Source of the DNA: Yuukianura sp. NJ FZ-2021
Taxonomy: Eukaryota
NCBI GenBank assembly: GCA_046563655.1
Contig: CM102283.1
Coordinates: forward strand, 3,968,001 to 4,032,000
Direction of reading: 5' to 3'
DNA: 64,000 bases
In this document: positions 34,801-47,904 of the stretch, piece after piece
Layout of the letters: every line of letters begins with the position of its first letter
Position numbering within the stretch: position 1 is the first letter of the stretch
The notes under the pieces: model-generated
Told to the model about the DNA's origin: nothing
Databases searched by the model: none
What the model saw: the letters and a program-made list of their open reading frames with translations, nothing else
Translations under genes and position numbers: made by a program

Positions 34801-37800
34801 GAGTCTAAAATTTCAATTTCCGTTTTCATTTAAAGCGTGCTGTTTCAGTACTGTTTTTTGAATGAAAAGTTACTTTTTGAACAAAGAAGAAAGAGTAACT
34901 GGTGGAATTGGTTTCTTGTCTTTGTTACTTTTTGAAAATGTTGTTGGGGTACAATACCCGAAAAGTTGAATTGTCTCAGCATGAGAGTCAATTCCCATTA
35001 TGTTTTAAGTATTTCCATTAAAAGGAGCGGTTTGAAAAAGAGTTCCATTTTGAATTGAATTTTGAATGGGGGTAATGATGATGACACTGCAAGTGGAGAC
35101 TCTGAATTTAGCACAATGATCGGATTTCCATTAAGGACTAACGGTTAGGAATAATTAACCTCAAAATGTAATTTAAAACTGAAATAAAAATCTAAAGTTC
35201 ATAACTTTTAAATTTTGTTAGGTTAGGTTAGTGTGGACTATGGGCTGGAAATGGATCGTCATGATCATTGGTCATGGTCCAGATGCTTCATTTTTATGAA
35301 CTGAGGGCGCTTTCTTTTAAAAGGCGCGACTTTTTTAAAAACAGTTTGTGAAACTGGAAGGAAACCATGACTAAATTGTGGCCCTTTTGCGGGAGAGGAA
35401 AAGAGAGCAAACTGAATTATGGAACAAAACATCATCATTACCCAAACTCATTTTTATTTGCTTTTGCAATGTAATTGCGAGGTTTCCCAAATGATTTTGA
35501 AATGAGAGTGAAAAGTATAAAAAGAATGTTAAAAGTGGCTGTGTTTGAGAGGGACAGATGTTGGTGTTATTTATTGTTATGATTATGACAATTTGGACAT
35601 AACCCCCTTTGTTCCCTCCACTTTCACATCACTCTCTTCACTTTTTACAATTCACTTTAATGTTCGACAGCAATCAAATAAAGAGAGCATTAACAACTAA
35701 ATCCACTTTGCCCAATCACCAATCACAATTCAACTCTGGAAACGACGCATCCAAAAAACAATCAGCCACTCTTTCAAAATATCAATCCAAAATAGTTGTA
35801 GCTCGAGCATTCTAAATTTTAGAACAAAAATTAAAAATAGTTGTACCTCGGACGATTCAAAATTTTAGAACAAAGAAAAGCTGAACTTGAGGAGACTGGG
35901 GTCTCGAAATAACGTTTGAGGTGAGGGGGCCCTTAAGGGCACAGAAGAAGCCTATGTTGAGGTCGTGTTTCTCACCCTCATCTTCTCTCACGAGGGATGA
36001 TTCTAATCACATCAAAGAAATAACACGTTTGGGGTGTTTTTGAAAAATGAGGTCTTGGTTTTTGACTTTGAGGAGAAAAACCGACGGAGGGATGATGATA
36101 CGGCAGGAGGGCAATTATTGTGCCAAAACCAAAGTAATCGACTCCAGAGTGTGAAATAACACACAAGTGCTCGGAACAAAGAGAAAACCGGATTTGGGAA
36201 TTATTTAGGAGAAACAGGAGCAATCTTGATTTTTGTGTTTCTAAACCCTGAGACACCTCCAGTCTATCATCATCTCATCCGAACTCCTATCCATGTCATG
36301 TCTCAAACAAGGGGATATTAATACACTCCTTTCTCAAAAACTACTTTTCCAAAATATTTTCAACTTTGAAGAAGAGAACGCCTTGGAGTCATGAGATGGT
36401 GTGAGTTGAGGTTTTATTACAAGCGTGATTAAACGATTTCTCCAGCAAACCCACACAAATTAACCCCCTCATCAACTTTCCTCACTTTTCTAAAACAACG
36501 CTCAGCCTCATTCCACAACGCTTTCGAACGGAAGTCCACACAAAAATTCTACACAATCGAGTCTCTAAAAACATTCAAATCTACAGAAATCCTCAGTGAA
36601 TTTGGAAACTTTTATCCCCATCAAAAACTTTCTAAACTAAACGTAGGACTGAATATGGAAAATTTGACAAAAAATCCGATCCGAAACGCCGCAGAACAAC
36701 TTCTTCTATCTGCCTTATGTTTTCCTAGAGAAAAGTGTTTTGTTTTAGAGTGACCTTTCCTGTTTTGGTAGTTTGTAGCCCTTAGGTACCCTTATGATAG
36801 TGGTTGGATTAAGGGCCCAGTGTAATTATTGGTACCCTTGGAAGGTGTCTGCTATTGACCCGGGGTGTCTGGTGTTGTTAGGAAGGTGTGATACAACCAA
36901 TTATTCAGACACTTCCTCTCATTCTACCAACAACAGCACCCACAATTAAAATCAAACTAATAAACTATCCACCACAAACTAAAAAACAACGGAAAATGAA
37001 ACAGAAATGGAAGTTGAGAAATTCAAACCTTCCCGCCTCTCTCTCAACTTCGGAAACATACAAAGGGTGTGACCCAGGCTGAATATTAAACCTAAATTAT
37101 ATTCCCCTCTTTCAAACACACAAAATATGGCCTCTTTCCACACCTCTTTACAAAACTACTTTCTCAATACCCGCTTTCAACCAACTCCAAATTAATCCAA
37201 ATCAATTCCACTTTCCAATAAAAACACTTTTCAAAATATTCGTTTTTGAAATTTCCATTTAAAAAAATTGAATGACCTACCCCCTATAAATGTTTAATTA
37301 AAATTGAAAAGTAGCCTCTGGACGCCGTCTGCTGAAAAATGCTTGTCCAGAACTTGTTTAACTTTTTCCTCTCTGTTTGAAGTGTAATGCGGGTATTAAA
37401 ATGGTTGTGTTTTGAAAGAGTGCGGTAGTTTGAGTTTATTGGTCGTAGTATCCCTGTTCGTTGTGAATAATGACTGTTGTATGCATAACCGTTTAGACAA
37501 GTTGTGATAGTTGAGCATAATATTCCAACTTTGTAACAATGTGAGTATGTGCTGGAAGGTGTTTGGTAGAGGCGTTTATGAAGCCTCCTTCATTTTGAAA
37601 GTGCAATTAATAACGCATTGCTCAGACACTTACTCCGTCCAGCCTCTCACACCAAAATTTTAAAAGAGAAAAGAGGTTTGGAGCGGTTTACTTTTATTGG
37701 TATTGATAAAGGACCGAAACGCCGAAAACACTTCAACTTCTAACATAAATCACAACGTGTCAGACTTTCTAAAAAGTGAGAAAAAAGTAAACACCTTTTC

Positions 37801-40800
37801 AGGAACAAACCTTCCAAGTATCTCAACCAGAGGAAAAAGTGCAGCTCCAAAATTAACAATTTCTAAACATGGCCACTCATTAAAAACCTAATCTCAAAAG
37901 GATTCTCCGAACTCTTTAACTTTTTGAATTCCAGCAGTTTTTTGAAATTCAAAATTGAAAGCAACATAGGAACCCATTTTCATTTTAGAACATAGCTTTG
38001 AAAATATCAGATTATGAAAAACATACACAAAATTTACATCATCGAAATTTTTTGCTCCAGAGTCTTCATGTATTTTTTTTTTGCCAAAAACTGAAAAAGT
38101 TGAAGGTGTGTCTGTGTTTGTAAAAAAGTAAATTGTTGACTTTACGCAAAAAAAAAGAATATGCACATCTACGAAATAGAATTGCTTATAGGATGTAAAA
38201 GTGCTAGTTAAATTTGATGGTTGGAATTGATACTGAGGGAGTTTCGAGTGTTTGGATAGAATTCTCCTGAACAACTAAATTATATTAGAGTAAAAGCGAT
38301 TAAAAGTGAAGTTAATAAATCAAAGGTGGAAAGGTGAGAATTATCCCACGCTTGCCCTTGGATTTATTGAATATTGATCTTGTGGTGATAATTAAGAAGA
38401 GGAAACAAAACCACAATACTCTCCGACCACGCCCTCAACCATTAATCCATGAACTAACACTCTTCTTGCAAAGTGGTTACGATGGTTACTCTGCCTAGGC
38501 ACATGGTTACCCAATGGTTACGATGGTTATATCACTTGATTCAATGAAATTGTTTTAGTACCACCACTTCTTTCCAAAACCATGCAAAAAGTGTGAACTT
38601 GGGCTGTTGTAAAATTAAGTGGTTTTTGTAAGTGCAAAAATCTCAAAAGTGCAAACGGAAATCCTTTAACTTTTTGAAAAACAAAACGACGCTCTAATTT
38701 ATTACCCGTGTAATCATGATCTCCTGTTGATTTCAAAAGGGGAATAAATTTTTAAAATATGAAAACTTAAACGCCATCAGAGAAAACTCCTGAAACTTTT
38801 GACACTTTGAGCGTCTTTCCCTTGTGTATTTTGTGAGTTTACAAGACAAGCGGATTTCCTTGCTCAAATTCTACCCTGTAATTACACCTACTTTGTTTAG
38901 TCAAAACTCAAATCTCAAGAGACAGGCCAAAGAATAAAAGCACTAAAATGTAATTAAATCAACTAATTGCCCAAAAACCAAATTAAAAAATAGTCCACCG
39001 AATTAAAAAACTCAATTATCAAGCGTTATAAAACTTTAAACAAAAAATTATGCCCAAATAGCCGTTCCAAAGAAAAACTTAAAAAAAATGAATACGAAAA
39101 TTACCTCTTTCTTGTTGGAAATTATTTCGTTCGGATGTTAAATTCTTCGCTTTTCAGAAATCCCTAAAATATTTGACTAAAGTTTTTACGATTTAACAAA
39201 TTCACTTTTAAAGATTTGTGCACATAATGATTGAAAAGAGCAAAAGCCTCTTGCCTCTTGCGTGTTTATGTCTTTTAGTTTAGTATTCTCTGCTTCTGTG
39301 GGTCTTTTGGCTTTTGAACTAATTGTGTGTATTTTATGTTTTGTTCCAACTTTATGAATCATAACTTCCGAACTGAGAGATGGAGGTTGAGACTAAATTT
39401 TTATTTATTTAGTCATATATTTACACTTTAGTCTCAAAATAAACTTAAAAGAGAACACGAACAGAGTGGTGGTCGTCGTTAAACCGAGCAGAGAATGCTA
39501 AATACTACCAAAAACCTGTACTCAGAAAAGTCTAATTAAAATTTGCACCGCTCTTTCATTTTCATATTTGAAAAAGTTATGGTTGCTGTGCACAGAGTGG
39601 GAATTTTCAAATGAAATCAACCCCCCACAGCTTCATTTCTTCTTTCACTTCAACTTTTAGCATGAAAAGAAATTCAAATTGCAAGATGTCGTGCGAACGA
39701 GATCTCGCCAAACGCAAATAAAAAACTGCCAAAAGTTTATAAAAACACACAGAATATTCTGAGTTATTTTCAGCCTATTTCTCATTCACCAAAGAAACTT
39801 TAAAACACACAACCAAAAACAGAAAACCTTCAAACGAAAGATTTTTCGAAACTTTTCTAAAATTCCACAGAGAGAAAACTTTAAACTCGAGAGATTTGGA
39901 GAGAAGAGAGAAGTGTAATTACTTTGAAAGTTCGTGCGAGGTGTTGAATTGAATAAAAATTGATAATTTTGAGTAAGAAAGAAGCAGAGATGGCAATTAT
40001 GTTGAGAAATTACAATTTCCCTAACCTCCAATTTCCTGAGCGGGGAAAGAGAAGCGGTGAATTACGGGTAATTGCCCATGCTTTCACCTCAACTTTGTCT
40101 TCCTGTGCGGCCTCCCTTTGCATGTCAACTCAAATGCAACTAACTGGATTCAACAATTCAATCAACTAAACATGTCATTTCTAAACTCCAATTATCATCA
40201 AATTACAACATGACCAACGACCTACTCACTGCACAGTCAAGTGCCAGGGGACAACATCACGAAATCAACCTCTCACACTAATTGAAAACCAACTTCAATC
40301 TTCACAATTTCCCAAATGAAACAAAAGTTATGACTAAACTCTCATTTGACAAATGACCAAGTAAATTTTAGAAAAAAAAAACAGAAGTAGTTGTGTTCAT
40401 CACTGCAATGTTTTTATTTTTTGCCACTTAAATAAAATGCTGGAATAAGTTACGTATACAAGGAAAACACAATTTTTGACACACTGTTCAAGATTTTCTA
40501 AAAATCTTTTTCCAAGTCCGGATACCAGGAAAATTTCTATAAATTTTCCGGGTTGGCGTAATTGTCCTTAAGCTGATTGTATTTTCTAATTTAACCTTTT
40601 CAATACTAGAAAGACCTGTCATCGTTCACTTTTTGTGTCATGGAATGTTGAAAAATGAAAGCGTTTGAGGTTGATGACTATACTTTGAAAACTTCTACTA
40701 CAAATTATGAATGTTCTAAAAACAAAATCTAGTAAACGCCGTGTAACAAAATAATAACAAAAATTAAATTAAACTCTAAATTCTACAACTAAAATTGGAA

Positions 40801-40885
40801 TGGTAATTTTTAGGAAACAATTTTGAGACTGAAAATTCCAACCACTTTTGAAACTGGTTTTTTTAAGTGGAAAAAGTGTTGAATA

Positions 40886-42569
40886 CTAACCAGATGACAA
40901 GTCTTTCGTATTGAACAAAATGGCGGGAGCGGGATGGTGGAGGTGAGAGTTGCGCGGGAGAACAGTATTTGAGATACTGGTGGCAGTATTACTGCCAGAG
41001 AAGAGATACTGGCCAGTAGTACTGCCCAGTTGGAGTGGATGTCTCTGGGGAAAGTAATGTTGCGGAGTAGTAGCGTAGAGGAGTGACTGGGCAGAGAGGA
41101 AAGCAGCAGCGTAGAAGGGGTAGACTGGCAGGAGTGCGTTGGCTGCAGCGGCAGCAGCCACCGCCACAGCGTTTCCTTCCCCATTCGGTGAATTTGACTT
41201 GAGTGCTGGAGAGGACGTGGATGCGGAGTGTATGCTCGCAGAGGGACTTGGCAAGTCATCTCGCCGCCGCGGTGGACTCAACGCACCGTGACCGTGGTGA
41301 CCGTGCTTCACAGTCGGACTACCTTCACGCCGCTCTTCTAAATCTGAGAGATCAATGTCATCCTCTTCATCAGTCCTGGGTGAACTGTGACCGTTAGTTG
41401 GCATGTCGTAGTCCGAACCCTGGTCGGATTCCGACATTGGCGAAAGTGTGCTTTGACTCTGTGAAAAAGTGTCTTCTTCTGCTCGATTTCTGTGAAGTTG
41501 TGGACTGGGTGACTTGGTGACGTTGACCTCTCGGTCTTTCGCAATGAGACTCTCGATGGAAAAGTTGTTGGAGTTAGATCCACTCCGTCGCTTCAGTTCT
41601 CCATCTTTCGCTGGATTTTCAGAAAATTCTTTGTGCGCAGTCGCAGTTCCCAGACTCTGTTCGGTGGAACTCCTCCGTTTGGTTTTGATTGACTGTTCAC
41701 GCAGAGTTCGCTTTCCGTCCCGCGAATTGAAATTCAAATTTTTCAAGTCTTTAGGTGGGGCAGAGTGCGGCAAATGGTGGGGCAGGCTATAGATGTCACG
41801 CGATGGAGGAGAAAATCCTGCTGCTGAGGCTGCCAGAAGTCGAACTTCGTTTTCATCTGAGCCGTTGAGGAAGAAAGGAGGGTGGGGCCTTGGTGGGGCT
41901 CCGGTAGGAGCCATAAACGTAGTTATATTTTGAGGAAATTGGTGATGGTGGGGGTGGTGGAGCATGAGATGTGGGTGGGGGTTGAAGTGGAGGTTGTTGA
42001 CTGGCGTTGGTGGGGCTGGTGGAGACAGTGATGTGGCGGCTACTTGTGGTGGGTTTAGCATCCCTGGCGGTGGGTGTGGAGATGACTGAGTGGATGGAAT
42101 TCCTCCAATTCCGAATAGTGGTTGTCCACTGTTGATTTTGTCCAGTATTTCCTTATCAATCGGTTGTAGTTTGAATCTTTTGCGCCTGCGTAGGAATGAT
42201 CCATTTTCGAACATGTTGAGAGCCGAGTAGTGCAGGGCCCAGTAGGCCCCCTTCCCTGGGCGATCTGGACGTCGAGGAACTTTGACAAAACAGTCGTTGA
42301 AGGACAGATTGTGTCGCAGAGAGTTCTGCCACCGCTGCGTGTTTTTTCTAGATGAAAAATAAATAATTTAAAATCTACTTTTCACTTTCTTAAAACTGAT
42401 TTTTAAAAAATATTCACCTGTAGTAAGGGAAGTGGTCCATGATGAATCTGTAAATGTCTGAGAGAGGTAGCATTTTTTCCGGAGAGCTCCAAATGGCCAT
42501 TGCAGTGAGAGAAATGTATGAGTAGGGTGGTTTCTGGTCTCCATAGCTTTCTCTCGATGGCCTCGGCAT
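40886..42569 (-). CDS. FoxB: Forkhead box class B transcription factor (fd96C-like)
   Basis: Exons 42569-42418 and 42347-40886 give [71 protein letters not shown]...[14 protein letters not shown]. Contains an eh1 motif (FSIESLI). Confidence 0.96.
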
Positions 42570-43639
42570 TTTCACCCCACCAACACTTCACTTTAATTCT
42601 TGAACTTTCACCCTTGAGACCAATAAATTCTCACTCAACATAACACTCAAATCACTTTATCCACTCTCTCTAATTCAACTAATATGTTCACCAAATGGAC
42701 CGATTTAGAACAAACACGTTCAGAAAATGGACCGATTTAGAACAAATATTTCCAAGAAATGACAAATGAGCAAACACTGCTTCACACTTTTCAAATTTAA
42801 AAACTGTGTTCCTCAATTCCCAACTTTCAGAAATTCTTAGATTCAAAAGTGGGAACTTTAAGCAATTGTACTAAAAACTACACTGTCAGTAGTTTCCTTG
42901 ACCAAATGTTGTTGGTTTATGAGGAGACTATTTTGGAATTTGTAAATTTCTACACAAGGACTGCAGGGTGTCAAGGAGGACCCTGCTAAAAAGTATGTTT
43001 TTGGTGGTAGGTGTGGAGGGTGCCAAGAGCGTTTCCTACTAACCAGGGTAGTTTTTTGTTTAAAAAGACGGCTAAAATGGTTGACTTTGGAGAGAGTGTG
43101 TGTAGTTTGAGTGGATTGTGGATACTGACACTACTGCAAGTACACAGTTCCTGGGCAGTAGTTGAGGGATGGAAAAACAACAATCACCCTCTGCCTGAGT
43201 CATTATTTGCCACTGCTAGTCCACATGCGCCATACTTGGTCCCACCTATTCCCACCCTATTGGCTCCAACTATCTCCGCCTTCACGGGGAAAAGGGCGGA
43301 CACAAACTACAACAGTCGGAACTACTCCTCAAGCATCTCAACTTCAACCAATTTACTCAAACTCTTGTAACCTTCACAAATACTTCAATTTCCAACCTAA
43401 ACATAACATTTGCTTAGAGTTCTTAAGAGAAAACAATGAATTCAACTTAACTTCCCCATAAAATATAACCTTTCTCACATCAGAGAAAGAGAAGAAAAAG
43501 AAAAGAGATGAAAAGAAAGTCAAGTGAAACTGTACTTTCTAGTTATGAACACAACAATCGTGTTCATTTACACGAGTGAGTAATTGTACCTGTACAAATA
43601 TTAAATATTAGGGAGGGCAGTACAAACAAATTACTATTA

Positions 43640-43890
43640 GTGTACTTCCAAGCGTAGTTAGATGTCCTCAAATCTACTCTAAGTTAATTCAATTATTTTC
43701 GTACACTAGGCAGTCTAATTACTTCCAAATATTCTTAAGTGTACTTCCAAATATTCTTAAACGTACTTCCAAATGTACTTTAGTATCCTTGTGAATATGA
43801 TTTAGTTAATTGCAAGAATAGCCTAGTATACTATGCAGTCTACTATTACTATAGAATACTTCCACATGTACTTAAGTACCTTCCGAATTT
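43640..43890 (+). repeat. Degenerate tandem repeat with a GTACTTCCAA core
   Basis: tacttccaaatattcttaag(t/c)g-like units at 43720-43780, plus scattered tacttcc copies. Confidence 0.6.
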
Positions 43891-44250
43891 AGCATACTTT
43901 GGAATTAATTGAGTGTGCTTGTACTCCTAACAATAATTAAGAAATGGTAAAAAATGAAATGGGAAAGTACATTACTAACAGATAGATGCAACAACCAGCA
44001 TTAAATTGGTAGGGGTAAGTGACATTGAATGGGTTTACATGAATGGAGGAAATATATAGATGAATTCATAAGAATAAGTAGGAAACAGTTGGACAGATGA
44101 AATATCTAAGGACAGTTTAATAGAAAAAAGAGTAAAGATGCCATGCCATATTACAGAGTGCACCTCAACATTGCATGGGATTGGAATATCCTACTACTGT
44201 ACATCTTTGTAACTTAACATTAGAAGGAGAGTAAGGAAGTGACAATGACC

Positions 44251-45014
44251 TTATGATGCGACGGACCCAAAGCGGGCTGACCTTGCTTTCTTCTTCTCTT
44301 CAATGTCTCCAGTTGCTTTTCCGAATCGTTCTGCTCTTGCTTTCTTCTTCTGTTCAATTTCTGGAGTGGTGGGGATGAGAGCCTTCCCTTCACCACTCCC
44401 GAATCTCTCCGCTCGTTTCGTCTTCTTCGCTTCAACGGCATCTTTCTCCGGAAGACCAAATCTCTCCAGTCGCTTAGCTGCTTTCACTGTCTCTGGTTCC
44501 AGTGTAATCTGAAAATAAACAAATCAATTAAAAGTCACTCTCAATCACTGTCGTAATAAAACATGGACAGACAACTGCCCAAGTCCAGGCACTACTCAAG
44601 CTGGATAGAGGTGACAATACTATGGATAAGTTAGGAAATGGTTAGATAGTAATTACAGTTAGACTAACTAGATAGTTAAACCGTACATGCCTTTTGGGAG
44701 GTCAGAGTTGAAACGTCGACACAACGACACTTGAACACAGCACGATAGAAAGCCACATAAGGATGTCAGGGTTATGGGAATCGTCCACACACAAGCAATG
44801 TCACTTTATGTTTACAGTAATGGTCCACACACAAGCAATGTCAATCAATTAACTTTGAATTAATCGTCCTTACTTTGGTTATGACTTTTCTTTCGGGTTT
44901 TGCCGGTTCCTCCTTGGCCAAGGCAGGATTGGCCTTCGCCTCCTTGACTGGTGACTTACGAAGCTTCGTTGGTGATGTAGAGCCAGCTACGGTGACCTCC
45001 TCCGTCTCAGACAT
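44251..45014 (-). CDS. SARNP: SARNP/CIP29/Tho1/MOS11-family mRNA export factor lacking a SAP domain (132 aa)
   Basis: Exons 45014-44874 and 44508-44251. Four family-typical motifs: KRLERFG, KRAERFG, ARAERFG, ARSARFG. Confidence 0.8.
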
Positions 45015-46036
45015 GATGAAAGTGTGAGAGTCTTCGTTAATTGAGTAGTTAATTAACTCACAATTAGTTGATTCAGAGATGATCCACTGATTTGTACAGG
45101 AGAGACGAGGAGGGAGAACCGGAAGGAGGGAGAAACAGATGATGACTGGAGCACTCATGTGAAAAAGGACGCCGCTCTCCGATGGAGACGGCGTCTCCCT
45201 CCTTTTTCCCTCTTTCTCTTCTTGTCCTTCCTTTTTTCCCTCTTTTCTTGTGTTATCCTTAATAAACACTAATTAATTACACTTTCATTCTTCCTTTGGG
45301 CAAAACTAATTACACTACTATTGCTAAAGTAATTAATATAATATATTTAAATATAATATAGATATTATACACTTATTCTAATATATTTTAATCTGTAACG
45401 GTAATACCGAGTGGGGTGCGGCCCAAACGTGTATTGTTTTTGTATTCACTGGGCCAGCTCAGCAGATGATTTTCTGAATTAGGCATATTAAAAACGTTTT
45501 AAAAACAATTATATAAAACTAAAAAACGTTTTTATTTCACCTTCCAGAAAATTACAACAAAACAAGGCGCTTTTGGTTTGCCGTAAATTTAAAAGTTCGA
45601 GTTGTCGTTTTCGCCGCATCCACTTTCCACATTTGTGTTTCCCGCCTTCGGAAAAGAGGGAGAGAGAGACGCCTTGTCACACTTTTCCGATCAAAATTTA
45701 AGGACAATAGTGGAAATCCATTGATTTCCTGGAGTAATTAATCATTAATTAAGCAACTAAAAAATTATTATTTTTGTCATTATAATTATTATTATGATAT
45801 AGTTTAACTTATTAATACTCGTAATCTTTTAATAGACACAGTAAATGGCGAAACAAGGTTCAACTGTGAATGGCTTCTTGAGGTCTGTAAATCGATTGAC
45901 TAAAAGCTCTCCAGTTGGATTAACAATACTATGCCACAGTTGAGTTAATTATAACAAGTAATTAGATTAAAATCACGCCAAGTAATTAAATTAGGAATAT
46001 AAAATTAGAGTTGCTCAGTAGTAGCTCCATCGTGCC

Positions 46037-46714
46037 TTAGTCGTCTGGATGTTCTGGACAAATTCGGTTGACTCTCCACCAAGAGTCGATGCAGGCTTTG
46101 TGGTAAATGCATAAGCAGGGTAGCCGAGCAATTCGTTGTCCAGCTTCCATGTCGTCCAGACAAATCGGGCATTCCCCTTGTGTAGTCGTCAGGATATCCT
46201 CTGTCCAGACAATCAACAACTTAGAACTTAGTAATGAGAGTATTGTTGCTAAGGAACAGTTCCTTACCGTTGTAGTTGATGCGAGGTCGAGTGAGACACA
46301 TGACTAGATGAATTTCAACGTCATCTGGATTCACAGACTTGGAGCAAATGGGACACTTGACTGAAAACACAACACACTTTTCAGTTCAAGTGAAGATTTT
46401 TAAGAAGTAAACTCAATTGATAATTGGAGTTACCGACAAGCTGGAAACTGATGCGATCGCGGATCCATTCTGCGGGAGTTATGGTGGAGGAGGAGCGTGG
46501 ACGTATTTGAAACAATTGTGAGTTGTCTCCAGATTGCTGGGCAGGATTGAAGTTGGCTGAAACCAAAGAACAAATGAGGCAGGAAGTATGGAGTAATCGA
46601 TTAACTAACAGTTGTGATTAGATTACTTGGGTCGGGAGGGGTGTCGACTCCATCGTAGTGTCCAGTGGACGTTGTTCTCACTCTCGGCTGCATCGTTGAA
46701 GCTCTGGAGCCCAT
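46037..46714 (-). CDS. ZNRF2: E3 ubiquitin ligase ZNRF1/ZNRF2-like
   Basis: Exons 46714-46627, 46556-46434, 46360-46268, 46200-46037. MGSRAS myristoylation start, zinc finger KCPICSK...HLVMCLTRPRINYNED, RING-H2 ECPICLDD...ARLPCLCIYHKACIDSW...CPEHP. Confidence 0.93.
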
Positions 46715-47904
46715 CGTCACTTGAAACGCTTAAGTGAGGGCGGATTCAAAATGGTTTCTTCTTACGTTGGTTGGAGGCTGAAGCACCACAAGTGTAGGGA
46801 CATAAGAAAGTGACAGTTTCCTGGGGTCAACACGAGTTCAAAAGGGGAGTGTGGAAGGCTGGATTTGGAGTAGATTGAAGCACATAACGATTGTCTTAGA
46901 TTCCGTTCCGACCTTCAGCGTTTGTGTCCAAACCTACGAAACAAAAACGAACTTGTTACGAGAGTAATTGGCCTTAATCTTGAATTGGATGTAAAAATAG
47001 AGGAATTACGTTAGGAAAGTTACTTTGACTTGTAGTAGAGTGAATTAGCAGCTGAGGATTATGAAGTGTAGCACCTAGACCTAATCCTATTTTCCTATTT
47101 GGTGAACTGGTGAATGACGTGATTAGTTCCCCTGCTTACTTCCTTGACTGGTGGTGTCCGTAGTATCGTCACTTCCACAATGGATTCCTGCTAGTAAAAA
47201 CAAAAACAAACAATTGAACGTGAGGACAACGATAGTTGAAGTGATGGAAGTGTAAATTAGAGTGACACCTAGAGATTAAGTTATCTGTGTATCCACCCAC
47301 CTGTGTCCAGTTGTTGACGTAGTTCCACTCAATCAGCTGACTTAATTAGTAATCCAAAAAAATCCAAATGCAGGGGGAAGTGACTGGTAACCTTGGTATT
47401 GTGAGATGGACAGCAGAATTGTCCTGTTGAAGGCTTTGAATGCTGGATTAAGCTAAGAGTAACTGTTGCCTAACTGGAGATGTTCCATTGAAAGAAAAAC
47501 GATTAACGTCAATCACTCCATTCTCACGGTGTCTCCTGCGTCCATTTGACCTTGGCTTCCAACTCACTTAAAACTGCAACACAATCAAAACAGGAATTCT
47601 CCAATAGAATCATGGATTTTTTGGAGGAAAGCTCACACAAAAAACAATAGTTTTTTTTAGACTGTGCAAAATGCACATGACACAAGGAAATGCGAATGCG
47701 AACTTACGGCTGGGTAATCGAACCAAAGTTCGCACAACGGATGTTGAGTCGTCACATTGTGGAAGTTGTGGTTTTGATGGAAATTAGTAAACAAGTGTGG
47801 TTAATTTCATGGTTTTTATTCCTTTAGCTTCTCAAGAATTTTGAATATGAAAAGTACAAATGGATAAAAATATAAAAAGACTACTCAATTACAGTTTTAG
47901 TCAA

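Larger units (their letters stand above)
17300..40800. other. ~23 kb gene desert downstream of FoxB (probable cis-regulatory domain)
   Basis: No convincing coding exons found, whereas intergenic gaps elsewhere in the window are mostly under about 2 kb. Lies next to a developmental transcription factor. Confidence 0.7.

Noticed and set aside
17400-40200. Numerous 60-155 aa ORFs in the desert
   Set aside because: Phe/Lys/Leu/Asn-rich translations typical of AT-rich non-coding DNA, many with non-ATG starts and no recognisable domains.
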